Positions 35,609 to 46,834 of a DNA stretch of 64,000 bases are shown here, piece by piece. The DNA lies in the IMG/VR virus record IMGVR_UViG_3300012012_001842; one strand, 5' to 3'. The DNA is from an uncultured virus (IMG/VR IMGVR_UViG_3300012012_001842). Its lineage: Duplodnaviria > Heunggongvirae > Uroviricota > Caudoviricetes. The notes under the pieces were generated by a model. It was not told the DNA's origin. It saw only the letters and a list, made by a program, of their open reading frames with translations, and searched no databases. Position numbers and translations under genes: made by a program. The number at the start of each line of letters is the position of its first letter. The first letter of the stretch is position 1.

Positions 35609-38184
35609 ATGCCGGTTCCGTACCTATTGCCGCAGGTTCTTGTTTTTCAAGAGTTCACAGACATCGCTCCGGAGATCACGAACCCGCTGCGGGCGTGGAT
35701 CGTCGGACCGAATGCTGAACTCCACCGCCACGCGATCGAGGACGAAAAGCAGTCCGGGTTGCTGGGGGCTTACGACTACTTGCTGGAGACAGCATACAGT
35801 TGGCCAAACAAGACGGCCGGCAGTGAAGTCGATCAGGCTTACACGAAGCTCTTCGTCGACGACGCCAAGCTTCGTTACTTCCAAGATTTGATCGGCTTGG
35901 GCAGCTGCTTCACTGCTGTGAGTGGTCGGCCGAATCGTATACGGTCTTGCACCACGGCGTTCAAGGCCGCTACCGGATTCCCTCGGACGGCCACGCTCTA
36001 CGACCGCGACGTCCGGGTCGGTGACTTGGTTTGGCTCCGCGGCAGCTATGATGGCGTGCAAGAAGAGCTGTGGACCTACGTTCGCGGGCTGGCCGCTGAA
36101 GTCATCGGCACCTCCGTGTCCGCCACCGACGCCGACGCTGACAACGCATCGACCGTTACCAACAGTGTCGCGGTCACTCAGATTGGTGGTCTCACCAACC
36201 TGCTCAACTTGTCTGTCAGCATCGCGGATTACAACGCCTACATCGACGGCGACCTGACGGACACCTACGTCCTGACCGTCACCAGAGGTTCGGTCGACGG
36301 CGATCTCACGACGGCCAGGTTCCGACTGGAGACCTCTAGCGGTTACGAGTACCTCACCGACCTCACTCCGGCGGCTGAAAACAGCGTCGACACCTACGGC
36401 TCTCGCGGTATCGAGCTCGGCTGGATCGCTTCTGGCGATCCTGGCGATGTTGATCCCGGCGCGGACGAGGATGACCTGATCATCGGTCAGAAGTTTCAAG
36501 TCGTCATCACGCAAGCGTTCACCGTCCCTGACGCGGTATCTGCTGGAACTTACGTCGGTGCTGTTGACAACACCTATGTGGTCACAGTCGCGTCCGGCGG
36601 TCTGTTCGACGATCCGATCGCCTCGCGACTGCCCCGCCTCAACATTCACACGACACTCGGCATCGACGGACAGCAGAACGTCTCTGTCAGCGGTCTTACT
36701 GTGGCTATTCCGCTCGGAACCAGCGGCGCCACGCTGACGTTCGGTGGTACGTCGTTAGGACTTCGCAAGGGCGACAAGTTCTACGTCGAGGTCAATGCGG
36801 CCACGACCGGACGTGTCAGCACTCTGGTGCTCGGTCACAGCCTGTCCGCGACTCTGCAGGCTGCCGCCGATCTCGATCTAGAACTCTACATCAAGAAGGA
36901 CGTGGAGATCCCTGAATATCGAACGGACATCACTCCGGTCGCCAACTGGGAAACGAGCGAGACTCAAATTACTCTCGCCGCGGACATCGTCGCCTTCGAC
37001 AGCTCCTGGACGTCGGGTGGTGTTGCACTGCCGATTCCGGTATTGGCTGGGACAGCTTACGTCGAATACCGCGAATGGCTCGTGGCTTTGGCGGCTGACG
37101 TGGGTAGCGTCTCGGACATCTCTGAGATCGACACCATCCCCGGTCCGCTCGATCCAGACAACCCGCTCAAGTGGGCTGTCAGTAAGGCCGTCGCCAACAG
37201 CAACGGTACCGGAGTTCGCTTCACTGCCGTAGGGGCACCAACCAATCTCGAAAGCTGGACGGATGCGCTAGATCTCGGAACAGAGCGCGACGATCTGTAC
37301 AGCCTCGTACCGCTGACGACCAACAAGACAATCCTGGACCTGTTCGTGGCTCACGTCAACAGCATGTCCGGAGAGTCCAAGGGTCGTTGGAGGAAGGTCT
37401 TCGTGCCTCTGGTCGCCGAGGACAACTCGGCCGTTGTAAGCCACAACAAGTCGTCCGACGGTTCGGCGGTCTTGGCGACCATCACCGACGATCCGACCAG
37501 CACCGGTACACAGTACACGCTTGTCACAGTGGCCAGTGAAAATGCACTGCTGGTCGAACTCAACGTTCGGGCCGGAGATACGCTTCGTACGAACTTCTCC
37601 GAGAACGAACTCGGCGAAGCGGTCTACGATGAATTCGTCATCGACGACCTGGTAAACGAGAGCTCCGTACGGTTGCTGACCGGTCTTAACACGGCAGTCT
37701 CCGTGGCTCAGAAGATCGAAATCTGGCGCAAGAACTCCAAGACGGAGCTTGTCAAACAGATCGGTTCTCTGGCTGGCTCCTACGGCAATCGCCGTGTCTG
37801 TGCTGTCTGGCCGGATGTGGTGTCTTCCGGAGGCCGGACGTTCCCTGGTTACCACATGTGCGCCGCGCTGGCCGGTTTGGCGAGCGGCGTCGCTCCGCAT
37901 CAGCACCTGACCAACGTGCAAATCTCCGGCTTCGACACGGTGGCTCGCACGAACGGCTTGTTCTCGTCCGCCCAGCTCGACGACCTGGCCGCCTACGGCG
38001 TCTGGATTGTCACCAAGACGTTGGAAGGATCGATCATCACTCGCGACGCCTTGACGACCAACATGACCACGCTGCAGTCCAAGACGGACATGGTCGTGCG
38101 AAACGTTGACTCGATCAGCTACCTGATCCTGGGTCGGTTCCGCCAGTACATCGGCCGATCCAACGTGACGCCATCCACGCTGCG
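35609..38184 (+). CDS. Contractile tail sheath protein (3' end lost in N gap)
   Basis: N-terminal PQVLVFQEF...IVGP; C-terminal CAALAGL..Q.LTNVQISGF..FS..QLDDLAAYGVWIV..RDALTT..VVRNVDSIS typical of the sheath C-domain; large inserted domains. Confidence 0.8.
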
Positions 38185-39001
38185 NNNNNNNNNNNNNNNN
38201 NNNNNNNNNNNNNNNNNNNNNNNNNNNNNNNNNNNNNNNNNNNNNNNNNNNNNNNNNNNNNNNNNNNNNNNNNNNNNNNNNNNNNNNNNNNNNNNNNNNN
38301 NNNNNNNNNNNNNNNNNNNNNNNNNNNNNNNNNNNNNNNNNNNNNNNNNNNNNNNNNNNNNNNNNNNNNNNNNNNNNNNNNNNNNNNNNNNNNNNNNNNN
38401 NNNNNNNNNNNNNNNNNNNNNNNNNNNNNNNNNNNNNNNNNNNNNNNNNNNNNNNNNNNNNNNNNNNNNNNNNNNNNNNNNNNNNNNNNNNNNNNNNNNN
38501 NNNNNNNNNNNNNNNNNNNNNNNNNNNNNNNNNNNNNNNNNNNNNNNNNNNNNNNNNNNNNNNNNNNNNNNNNNNNNNNNNNNNNNNNNNNNNNNNNNNN
38601 NNNNNNNNNNNNNNNNNNNNNNNNNNNNNNNNNNNNNNNNNNNNNNNNNNNNNNNNNNNNNNNNNNNNNNNNNNNNNNNNNNNNNNNNNNNNNNNNNNNN
38701 NNNNNNNNNNNNNNNNNNNNNNNNNNNNNNNNNNNNNNNNNNNNNNNNNNNNNNNNNNNNNNNNNNNNNNNNNNNNNNNNNNNNNNNNNNNNNNNNNNNN
38801 NNNNNNNNNNNNNNNNNNNNNNNNNNNNNNNNNNNNNNNNNNNNNNNNNNNNNNNNNNNNNNNNNNNNNNNNNNNNNNNNNNNNNNNNNNNNNNNNNNNN
38901 NNNNNNNNNNNNNNNNNNNNNNNNNNNNNNNNNNNNNNNNNNNNNNNNNNNNNNNNNNNNNNNNNNNNNNNNNNNNNNNNNNNNNNNNNNNNNNNNNNNN
39001 N
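38185..39001. other. Assembly gap / masked region (817 N)
   Basis: Run of N. Confidence 1.
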
Positions 39002-41677
39002 GTGGCAGCTAGTAACAGTCATATCGGTTGGCAACTTGCCGAATTAGGGAACCTGGGTCGGGAGCGATTGGCTTCCGACCCTACTTCTTCTGGAGCAGCA
39101 CAGCTCACAAGTCTCGGCCGAGGCGTCGAGATCATCGCCGGACGGGTGGTCGATTCGATCGCCTACCTGCACGCATACAAAGTGCTTCCAGAGCGTGGTT
39201 TGGCGTGCATGATCTGCACCTACCTCACCCCTGGCGTCAGTTCGGCGATCGGGGCCAAGTCGATCAACACCCTGCCGCCCGGAACGCGGGTGTGGTTCAT
39301 CTACCACCGCGAGCTGTTGTACGGTCTGATTGTCGGTGTCGAGCCGGACTACATGACCGACGGCAAGTACGCCACCTCTGACTGCTTCTACCTCGGCAGC
39401 CGCAGCGGATTCCACCGAGACTCCGCTCACTCATTCCCGCTGCAGATCGCCCACAACGGAGTGGTGGACTGGTCCGCCGGCCGTCCGTTCGACGGCACCA
39501 CAGCCGGTGAGTGGGGTGCGATGACTGAGACAGGCATGCGCGTCACACTCGACTCGTTCATGGCGCAGCTGGGCGTGGGCGAGGCGTGTGGTGTGTTTGC
39601 CTACTACTGGGATCAGTTGCTGCGGATCGCCGGAACAAACCTGCAGATCCGCTCCAGCACGTTCGAGCACGAGTCTCTGGACGACGAGAGCGAGCACTTC
39701 GACGTGATCGGCCGCTCCGTGTACCCGTGGGAGTCTCTGGGTGCTGGACGGCAGCAGGCCGGGCTGTTCCGCGAGCACACCGCCAAGCAGTTCGAGATCG
39801 ATACGCCGTGGTACGGGCCAGTGGAGCCGAAGTACGACGACCAGGTGCCGCTCCGCAGAACATACGAGTTCCACGGCTACTTGGGCCAGGGCGGCAAGCG
39901 GGTTTTGTTGGCCCCTACAAACAATGCCGTCGCCCGACAATCGAACCCGGCCCCGATGGCGGCGTTGTTCTCAGAAGCCGTCACCCTCACCGGACGCTAC
40001 CTGCTCAGCTCCGCTAAGGGCATCACCATCTCGCGACGGGTGTCGATCCCGGCGGTCAAGCCGAAGAAGCGACCCGAGCACGCGGACGGTGACAACACCG
40101 ACAACTACAAGGCATCGAGTGCGTTCGGCAGCGGTCCGGAGCACGTCGTAAAGTCGGCTCCGGCGATGCAAGAGGGTGACGACCCGTCCCTGATACGCGC
40201 GGCTGCTGTTCAAGACCTGCACTCCTACACCTTCAACTGGGAGTCGCCTCACCCGTTTCATTACCACGAACAGGACTGGGATTTGGACGAGGAGTCGGAG
40301 TGCGAGTTGTCCGGAGACACACCACCCATTCCGTTTTCTGACCTAGCCAACCATCAACGGATGTACCTGCCCGAGCCGCCGACGGCTTCGATCGAGGTCG
40401 ATCACCGCTACCGCACCGTCGAGTACGCACTGGCCACCAGTTATCTCACGCTGCTGGACGACGGAGGTGTCGTGCTAGGCTCCGGGTGCGGTTGCGAGAT
40501 TCGCATGGCTGGCGGTTCGATCAGCGTCTCAGCGCCGGGCGACATCTGGACCAAGCCCGGACGAAACGCAGTCACGTGGGCTGGTCGAGACGCAATACTC
40601 CGCGCCAAGCGGCACGTCGACGTCACGTCCACCGACAAGGACGTACGAATCAAGGCGGAGCGTCACCTTTGGGCTTTGGCCGGTAACAGCGGCTCTTCCG
40701 GCATGCTGCTTCTGGAAAGCCGCGCATCGCAACAGACGTTCCTGTTCGAGAACGACGAGGGCGGGCCGATGATCGGCGAAGACGCTCAGGCCGGCGGTGT
40801 GGTGATCCGCACACCCGACTCGAACTTCGTGACGTGGGCCAAGGACATCTACCTGCGAACCGGCGGCGGCTCGGTGCAGGACGGAAACATCACTTTGGAC
40901 GCCTCCGAAGGTCGCCGGGTGGTCGTCACCGAGTCGCAGGCGGTTGTGAATCTGTTCACCCCCAGCCAGGGTAGCGGTCGATTCGACGTGTTTCACGACG
41001 AGGGTAAGGTCAAGAGCGTCCACGTCACGATACACGACTATCTGCTGCTAAACGGAAACCTTGCCGTGCTGGGCTTCGCCGCCGTCGACGGCCACCTCTA
41101 CACCAACGACTGGATCTATGTTGACACGGGGCACATCGCCACAGCGGACGCGCCGAAGTACATGGGACTTGTGCAGGCGATCAAACCGGAGTCGATTCAG
41201 CCGTTCTTCGACGCCTTGGGCAACGCTGAGAAGCGGATGAAGTTCGAGCTGACCGACTTCTACGAGTCCGCCCATAAAGAGAAGTGGCGTGGCGATTACC
41301 GCGCCGGCAACGACCGCGTGATGGAAATCTGCGAGTTCAGTTTCCGCACGCCAGAGCAGTACGGCACGCAAGACGACCGCTTCCGGCTGTACGAGGACCG
41401 CTGGCAGCAGCTCGCGAGACTCGGCGGCACAGAGACGCAGACTTGGCAGGAGCAGTTCGTTGAGACGCAAGGGACCAGCACCGGGCCGTATCCAGGCCGC
41501 GAAGTTGCACAGAAGGAAGGGAGTTACCAAACTGTCGATCTGACGATCTACGACTCCGAATCAGGACACTCGAAAGATCGCGGCACGGCAGCGGAAGTGG
41601 CCGACTGTTACAAGAACCCCAAGTACGCTACCCCGCAGAAAACAACGTTGGAAAACGGCTACACCATTCTCGGTTAG
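39002..41677 (+). CDS. Baseplate central spike-like protein (gp5/gpV/VgrG-like); start at or within the gap
   Basis: N-terminal OB-fold-like GRVVD...LPPGTRVW; beta-helix-like repeats EIRMAGGSISVSAPGDIWTKPGRNAVTWAGRDAILRAKRHVDVTS. Confidence 0.55.
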   Translation: MAASNSHIGWQLAELGNLGRERLASDPTSSGAAQLTSLGRGVEIIAGRVVDSIAYLHAYKVLPERGLACMICTYLTPGVSSAIGAKSINTLPPGTRVWFIYHRELLYGLIVGVEPDYMTDGKYATSDCFYLGSRSGFHRDSAHSFPLQIAHNGVVDWSAGRPFDGTTAGEWGAMTETGMRVTLDSFMAQLGVGEACGVFAYYWDQLLRIAGTNLQIRSSTFEHESLDDESEHFDVIGRSVYPWESLGAGRQQAGLFREHTAKQFEIDTPWYGPVEPKYDDQVPLRRTYEFHGYLGQGGKRVLLAPTNNAVARQSNPAPMAALFSEAVTLTGRYLLSSAKGITISRRVSIPAVKPKKRPEHADGDNTDNYKASSAFGSGPEHVVKSAPAMQEGDDPSLIRAAAVQDLHSYTFNWESPHPFHYHEQDWDLDEESECELSGDTPPIPFSDLANHQRMYLPEPPTASIEVDHRYRTVEYALATSYLTLLDDGGVVLGSGCGCEIRMAGGSISVSAPGDIWTKPGRNAVTWAGRDAILRAKRHVDVTSTDKDVRIKAERHLWALAGNSGSSGMLLLESRASQQTFLFENDEGGPMIGEDAQAGGVVIRTPDSNFVTWAKDIYLRTGGGSVQDGNITLDASEGRRVVVTESQAVVNLFTPSQGSGRFDVFHDEGKVKSVHVTIHDYLLLNGNLAVLGFAAVDGHLYTNDWIYVDTGHIATADAPKYMGLVQAIKPESIQPFFDALGNAEKRMKFELTDFYESAHKEKWRGDYRAGNDRVMEICEFSFRTPEQYGTQDDRFRLYEDRWQQLARLGGTETQTWQEQFVETQGTSTGPYPGREVAQKEGSYQTVDLTIYDSESGHSKDRGTAAEVADCYKNPKYATPQKTTLENGYTILG

Positions 41678-41689
41678 GAGACAGACAAG

Positions 41690-42739
41690 ATGCTGGATTT
41701 GAGAAAGCCACAACCCGTGGCTCAACCCGTGGCTCAACCCGTTGCCGCACCTGCACCAAGACCGTTGTTACCGATTGGGACGGTGTTGTCCTTGTCGCCT
41801 GAGGAACAGGCTTCACTGGAGTCGCTCGGCTGGAAACAGGGCGAGCCAGTGCCGGATGTGGCCTCCGCTGTCGAGCAGGTCAGACGCGAAGCAGACGCCT
41901 CGCCACACTACGACCAAGCTCAGCCGGTCACCCCGCTCCGGACGGTGAACATCGAAGACTTGCCTGAGGCTGAGCGGCAGCGATTGATGGAGAGCATTCG
42001 ACAGACAATCGAGGCGACGAAGAACATCAAGGTCAGCTCGGCAGCCAATCCACAAGATTACGACCCGAGCGTGCTGGCGGCGATGTCAGCGATGGACGCA
42101 TCGGCACAAGCCTCGGTCGCGGTGACATTGACTCCCAAGCCAAAGACGGCCGACAAACCCGACATCCCGTCGCCTGGCCTGGCTACTATGGCTCCAGTCA
42201 AACACGTTTGCAGCCATTGCGGTTGGGAGGAGGGTAACGCGGCCCCGGATGTCGCCGACCAGGACAAGACGAATTTCCTGGCCATGATCGTAGGCGGTTC
42301 TCGGTTCGTGAAAGAGTACGAACTGTTCGGCGGTCAAATGTCGGTATTCTTGCGCAACCTCACCACCGCCGAGATGAACCTGGCCATCACGCAAGCAGCC
42401 TACGACGACCGAGACGGCGAAATCCCAGCCAGCTACGAGTTCTTCCGACGCGTGACCAACTACCAAACAGTCATGGCCCTGTGCGCTATTCGGCGAGGCC
42501 AGAATCGCGTGGAGCTGCCGACCATCGACCAGGTGACGGCGGAGACGGTCGGAGAGAACGGCAAACCACAGACGAAGCTCAAGGCGTACTATCCGCACAT
42601 CGTCGGCACTTATCTGGAGCAGGACGCCGTGTTCCGCGTTGTCTGCAAGTTGTACGGCGACTTCAAGGCCCTCCAGACACGTATGGAGGCCAACATGCTT
42701 AACGTGGATTTTTACGCCGGGATCGCATCGCCCGTCTGA
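41690..42739 (+). CDS. Tail assembly chaperone (G-like)
   Basis: Two genes before the tape measure; disordered N-terminus, CSHCG; ends just after a slippery G GAT TTT. Confidence 0.55.
   Translation: MLDLRKPQPVAQPVAQPVAAPAPRPLLPIGTVLSLSPEEQASLESLGWKQGEPVPDVASAVEQVRREADASPHYDQAQPVTPLRTVNIEDLPEAERQRLMESIRQTIEATKNIKVSSAANPQDYDPSVLAAMSAMDASAQASVAVTLTPKPKTADKPDIPSPGLATMAPVKHVCSHCGWEEGNAAPDVADQDKTNFLAMIVGGSRFVKEYELFGGQMSVFLRNLTTAEMNLAITQAAYDDRDGEIPASYEFFRRVTNYQTVMALCAIRRGQNRVELPTIDQVTAETVGENGKPQTKLKAYYPHIVGTYLEQDAVFRVVCKLYGDFKALQTRMEANMLNVDFYAGIASPV
41711..41746 (+). repeat. 12-bp coding tandem repeat x3 (QPVA)
   Basis: caacccgtggct caacccgtggct caacccgttgcc. Confidence 0.75.
42706..42712 (+). 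promoter_or_regulatory. Candidate -1 programmed ribosomal frameshift site G GAT TTT
   Basis: Correct codon phase; the -1 frame is open into ORF 42739; canonical position upstream of the tape measure gene. Confidence 0.55.
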
Positions 42740-43137
42740 TGGCCAGGGTCAGACGAAACAACACATTCGACTTCGATCGATACGATCCCCTGGATTGGCA
42801 CCAACAGCTGCGTCTCTCGATGGCGATTCACGAGGAGGGTCAGGCAGCAGCTGAGGAAGTCTGGAAACAGACGCAGACTTTCAAGTTGACACTCGCCACA
42901 ATGGCACTCGGTGACTCGGCTAAGGATCTTCGCGGGCGGTTGTTGAACGCTGCGTTTGACGCCAGGCAAAGTTTGCTGTCGTCGCTGCTGCCTTGGGTGT
43001 TCGACGAACAGCCAGCGGCTAAGACAGACAGTCTGAAGGACCTGGAGCAGGCTTGGACTGAAGTCTGGGGCGATCCGAACGACCCAGAGGTAGCTCAGAG
43101 AATTCAGAATACGGTGGACTACCTGTCGAGGGGTTGA
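42739..43137 (+). CDS. Tail assembly chaperone (T-like)
   Basis: In the -1 frame of the upstream ORF; directly before the tape measure. Confidence 0.5.
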   Translation: MARVRRNNTFDFDRYDPLDWHQQLRLSMAIHEEGQAAAEEVWKQTQTFKLTLATMALGDSAKDLRGRLLNAAFDARQSLLSSLLPWVFDEQPAAKTDSLKDLEQAWTEVWGDPNDPEVAQRIQNTVDYLSRG

Positions 43138-43140
43138 GGT

Positions 43141-46100
43141 ATGGCAGAGTCGGATATGTTTCTCAGCACAGCGACGCAACAGAATTCGCTGTTTTCTGGC
43201 TTTACTAACACGGCTACGTCCGGGTTTTCTCAGCTTGGCTCGCTGAACTCGATCCTGCAGCCAATCCTGTCGCAGTTGGCTGCCAAGTCAGGCGTGTACC
43301 CCGGCCAATTCATGCCAACACACGGCGTTTCCGACCTGCTACGGGCCGACGTGGAGCGATCGCAGGCACAGGCGGCCATGACCAAGGCCGCCCAGACGCA
43401 CGACACGGAGACGTGGCTGCGCACCAGCGAGGGTATGTATCGCACGTTGGGCGTGGACTACGGCCTGGACCAACAGGTCGCCTTCCGACAGACGTACCAG
43501 AAGTTCGCCCCGATGATGTCGATGCTGGCCCAGATGGCCCCAGGACTTGTCGATTCGCTGCACGGCAGCCGCGGCAGTGCCGCTCTCCTGAACATGGGCC
43601 TGACCAAGGGCGGTCGGTACCGTAGCGACGCCGATGGAATGCCGACCATGTCCGGACAGGCACTGGAGTCGCTGACCGCAGAGATCAAGGACAGCCTGTA
43701 CGGCACACCACAGGCAGTTAGAGAGATGCGCGGTATCGGCATGGGGTCTCTGGGTCAGATTTTCGACGAGGCCAGTCGTCGTGGTTACCTACCTGCCAGT
43801 ATTGGAGCCGGCGGGCGTGACGCCGCCATTAAACGTCTGTCACAGGAGGAGCAGAAGACGATCACGGAACTAGAAGCAGGCGGTGACATCGACGACAAGC
43901 TTCGCAATTTCGACTCCAAACGCATCGCCGGACGGTTGAAGGAACTGTCCGGGAGCGTCTCTGCCATGCGAGACATTTTCGGGTCGATGGGCCAGACCGA
44001 CGCACCGATGGGTCAACTGATGAACGCCCTGGAGATGCTGACGCAGAACAGGCTCTCCAGCATGGCGCCGGGTCAGGTTGAGCAGATCGTCCGGCAGACC
44101 AAGTCGCTGATGCAGACCACGGGGATGAACCTGGACGGTATCATGCGATTGACGGCTCAGTCGTCCGCCTACGGGCAGCAGCTCGGGCTAGCTCCGGAGA
44201 TTTCCATCCAGTCCGCAATGGGCTCCGTAGCCTACGCGCAGGGTTACAAGGACAACTTCGGAGGATTTCGCAGCTTCAACGCCTCCAGCCTGGATGAGGT
44301 CACCATTCGCGACACGAAACTGCGGCAGCAAGCGGCTGCATCGCAAACGTCGATGAGTGCAGCGGCGGCAATTCGAGTGGTAGATGCCTTCGGAGTCGAT
44401 CCGGGGTCGCAGGCGGCAAAACTGGTTGAGGCGATCAAGAATCGCGAGGCTACCTTCGACGGCAAACCGATGTACGAAGTCCTGCGGGACGACTCGTTGG
44501 CTAGCATTTTCAAGGCGTCCGGCGCTAGCGACGCCGCCCTGTCGTCGCTGCGGGAAGCCTCCCGAGACAATATCGGCAATCAGGAGACGATCCACGCCAA
44601 CCGACTGGGGGACTGGACTCGTGAAACCCAGCAGCCGCTGGAGATTATCGACCAGGTAGGTGCGACGGCCGGACGTAACGCTGTGGTTCTTGCGTTGGAG
44701 AAATCCGGCGTTGATCGTGACGAGGCTGGAAGGTTAGGAGATGACCTCGGACCGGAGTTGTTACTCGAACGGCTGAACATGGCCCCGGAGGACCTGAGCG
44801 ATCCTAAAAAGCGGAGAGCGATGATCGAGACGGCGCTGGTTAGAAAAATTGGCCGCGATCGCGTCACGCCAGACATGGCGTCCGCTGTCGAAATGAACCT
44901 CGAAACCTACGGCAACGCCGCGTTTCAAAAAATTGGCTTCGGGAACATGACGCAGGGCATTCAATCGATGCACAAGCAAGGTCTGGGCGGTGGCGAGCGC
45001 GCGTACCGCATGGCGGAGACGGAAGCCTTAATCGACAGCGAGCTGTCGCAGTTCGGTAAGGCGGACGCGGCGCAGCGGATCGTGGACGCATTGCAGAATC
45101 CGGAACTCAGCGAAGTGGACTTGACCAAGCTCCTCAACGACGTCGCCGGCAACATCGATTTCGGCACGGATAAAGACGGCGTGAGCAACGTCAAGCACCT
45201 GCAAACGGCCATCGTCGGCCTGCGTGAAGTCGCAGCTATGGATCGCCGCGAACTGGAACAGGATGACCTGGTCGTTCTGAATGCGAGGCGGGAAAAACAT
45301 TTAGACACGTTTCTGACAGTGTCAAAAGCCGCGGTGGCGAGCGCTGAAAAGAGCGGCATGACTACAGGCCGGAAAACCTCCGACACCCAAATGTTGGCCG
45401 CTGCTCAGTCCGGAGAGGCCGTGAGTGCAATTCTGGCTGATACGAAAATGACACAAGAGGATAGAGACAAGAAGTTGTTGGCCGCTACAAGTCTGCAGTC
45501 AGCCCGCGCCAAGTCCGTCGTGCAGGGCCTGTACATCGACGAGGCAAGTTTGAAGCAGCTGGGCAAGGGCGGACTTGGTCGTGTACAACAAGTTGAGGCG
45601 GCGAGGCTGGAAATGCTGCGACTTGCCGGAGGTGACCCGGAAAAACTAGCAGACATACTGGCCGGAACAGCCGGCACTCCGGAAGAGCAAGCCCGCATGC
45701 ACCAGCTCCAAGGGACCGTGTCGAGCGAGATCAAAGACATCGGCAACATTTTGAAGTCTAATCGTCCGCGGATGTCAGACGAGGAGTGGGAGAAGTCAGG
45801 AGAGCAAAAACGCTACAAGGAATTCATCGACGAGCGGTCGGCAACGGACGAAGATCAGACCTCGGCCATGCTCGGCAAACTTGACACGATCGGCGGCATG
45901 AAACTGTCCAAGGAAGACAAGGTGAAACTGGCCGAACACATGGGTAAGTTTGGCAGTGACCAGCGACACGACATTGGAATGGCGATCAAGGCCAGGGAGC
46001 GGCTGCAGGTCGAGGCGGACAAACAAAAAATCAGTCTCGACCAGCTGCGGGACAGCAAACAGTTCCCTGATGAATTTCAAAAGGCTGGCGCCTTCGGCAA

Positions 46101-46299
46101 TAAGGACGGGTTTCGCACCAACGAAAAAGATCTCGAAGACGTGAACAGTCTGATACCGACACTGGACAAGTTCAAACCAGACGCAAAGACAGGCTCACGG
46201 GACATCACGCTCAGAGGCGGCAACATCAAGGTGGACCTGATACGCGGCACAGCCTCGTTGGATCTGTCCGGTACGACTGACTTCTCCAATCACGTATAG
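43141..46299 (+). CDS. Tape measure protein
   Basis: 1052 aa, helical Ala/Gln/Met/Gly-rich; between chaperones and baseplate. Confidence 0.7.
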   Translation: MAESDMFLSTATQQNSLFSGFTNTATSGFSQLGSLNSILQPILSQLAAKSGVYPGQFMPTHGVSDLLRADVERSQAQAAMTKAAQTHDTETWLRTSEGMYRTLGVDYGLDQQVAFRQTYQKFAPMMSMLAQMAPGLVDSLHGSRGSAALLNMGLTKGGRYRSDADGMPTMSGQALESLTAEIKDSLYGTPQAVREMRGIGMGSLGQIFDEASRRGYLPASIGAGGRDAAIKRLSQEEQKTITELEAGGDIDDKLRNFDSKRIAGRLKELSGSVSAMRDIFGSMGQTDAPMGQLMNALEMLTQNRLSSMAPGQVEQIVRQTKSLMQTTGMNLDGIMRLTAQSSAYGQQLGLAPEISIQSAMGSVAYAQGYKDNFGGFRSFNASSLDEVTIRDTKLRQQAAASQTSMSAAAAIRVVDAFGVDPGSQAAKLVEAIKNREATFDGKPMYEVLRDDSLASIFKASGASDAALSSLREASRDNIGNQETIHANRLGDWTRETQQPLEIIDQVGATAGRNAVVLALEKSGVDRDEAGRLGDDLGPELLLERLNMAPEDLSDPKKRRAMIETALVRKIGRDRVTPDMASAVEMNLETYGNAAFQKIGFGNMTQGIQSMHKQGLGGGERAYRMAETEALIDSELSQFGKADAAQRIVDALQNPELSEVDLTKLLNDVAGNIDFGTDKDGVSNVKHLQTAIVGLREVAAMDRRELEQDDLVVLNARREKHLDTFLTVSKAAVASAEKSGMTTGRKTSDTQMLAAAQSGEAVSAILADTKMTQEDRDKKLLAATSLQSARAKSVVQGLYIDEASLKQLGKGGLGRVQQVEAARLEMLRLAGGDPEKLADILAGTAGTPEEQARMHQLQGTVSSEIKDIGNILKSNRPRMSDEEWEKSGEQKRYKEFIDERSATDEDQTSAMLGKLDTIGGMKLSKEDKVKLAEHMGKFGSDQRHDIGMAIKARERLQVEADKQKISLDQLRDSKQFPDEFQKAGAFGNKDGFRTNEKDLEDVNSLIPTLDKFKPDAKTGSRDITLRGGNIKVDLIRGTASLDLSGTTDFSNHV

Positions 46300-46307
46300 G
46301 CCCAAAC

Positions 46308-46790
46308 GTGGCAACACTGTTCGTAACACGCCGAGGTCAGGTGGTCAGCTTCCGGGACGAGGCGTTTTCCGGCGGAATGCCGCTCAGTCTTACGATGGAC
46401 GACTGGGACGGATTTCCCACCATGCAGGCCATCCTGACAAAGGTGAACGGCCAGTCTGTTGGCAACTTTCAGGTGATGCACACTCTCAAACGTTTCATCT
46501 ATGTCTACGTGTTCGGCGAACGCGTCGGCGAGCTGAGCATATCCGGACTGGCCTTCTCGGAGGTCTGCAACAGGTCGAAAACGCAGACTGGGATCGTGGA
46601 CGTTGCTGACTACTACAAGGCCAACTGCATCTCCGAGACAGGTAAGTTGATTACGGTGACGATTGGATTGAACCTGCTCCTGCGTGGATTCCTGGTTGGC
46701 TTCCGACATCAAGCTGTCGACGCCGATCAACAACTGTGCCAGTTCGATCTGAGCTTTCTGACCATTCCTGCAGGACTGGATCGAGACTAA
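46308..46790 (+). CDS. Tail tube-like / tube initiator protein
   Basis: 160 aa after the tape measure; YVYVFGERVGELSISG. Confidence 0.5.
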   Translation: MATLFVTRRGQVVSFRDEAFSGGMPLSLTMDDWDGFPTMQAILTKVNGQSVGNFQVMHTLKRFIYVYVFGERVGELSISGLAFSEVCNRSKTQTGIVDVADYYKANCISETGKLITVTIGLNLLLRGFLVGFRHQAVDADQQLCQFDLSFLTIPAGLDRD

Positions 46791-46834
46791 ACCCGGCAAC
46801 CTTCCGTCGCATCCTGTCGTTTGAGGTCGTCACG

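Noticed and set aside
35609..41677. 2022-aa single ORF in the track (apparent sheath-spike fusion)
   Set aside because: Artefact of translating through 817 Ns; the two sides look like different proteins.
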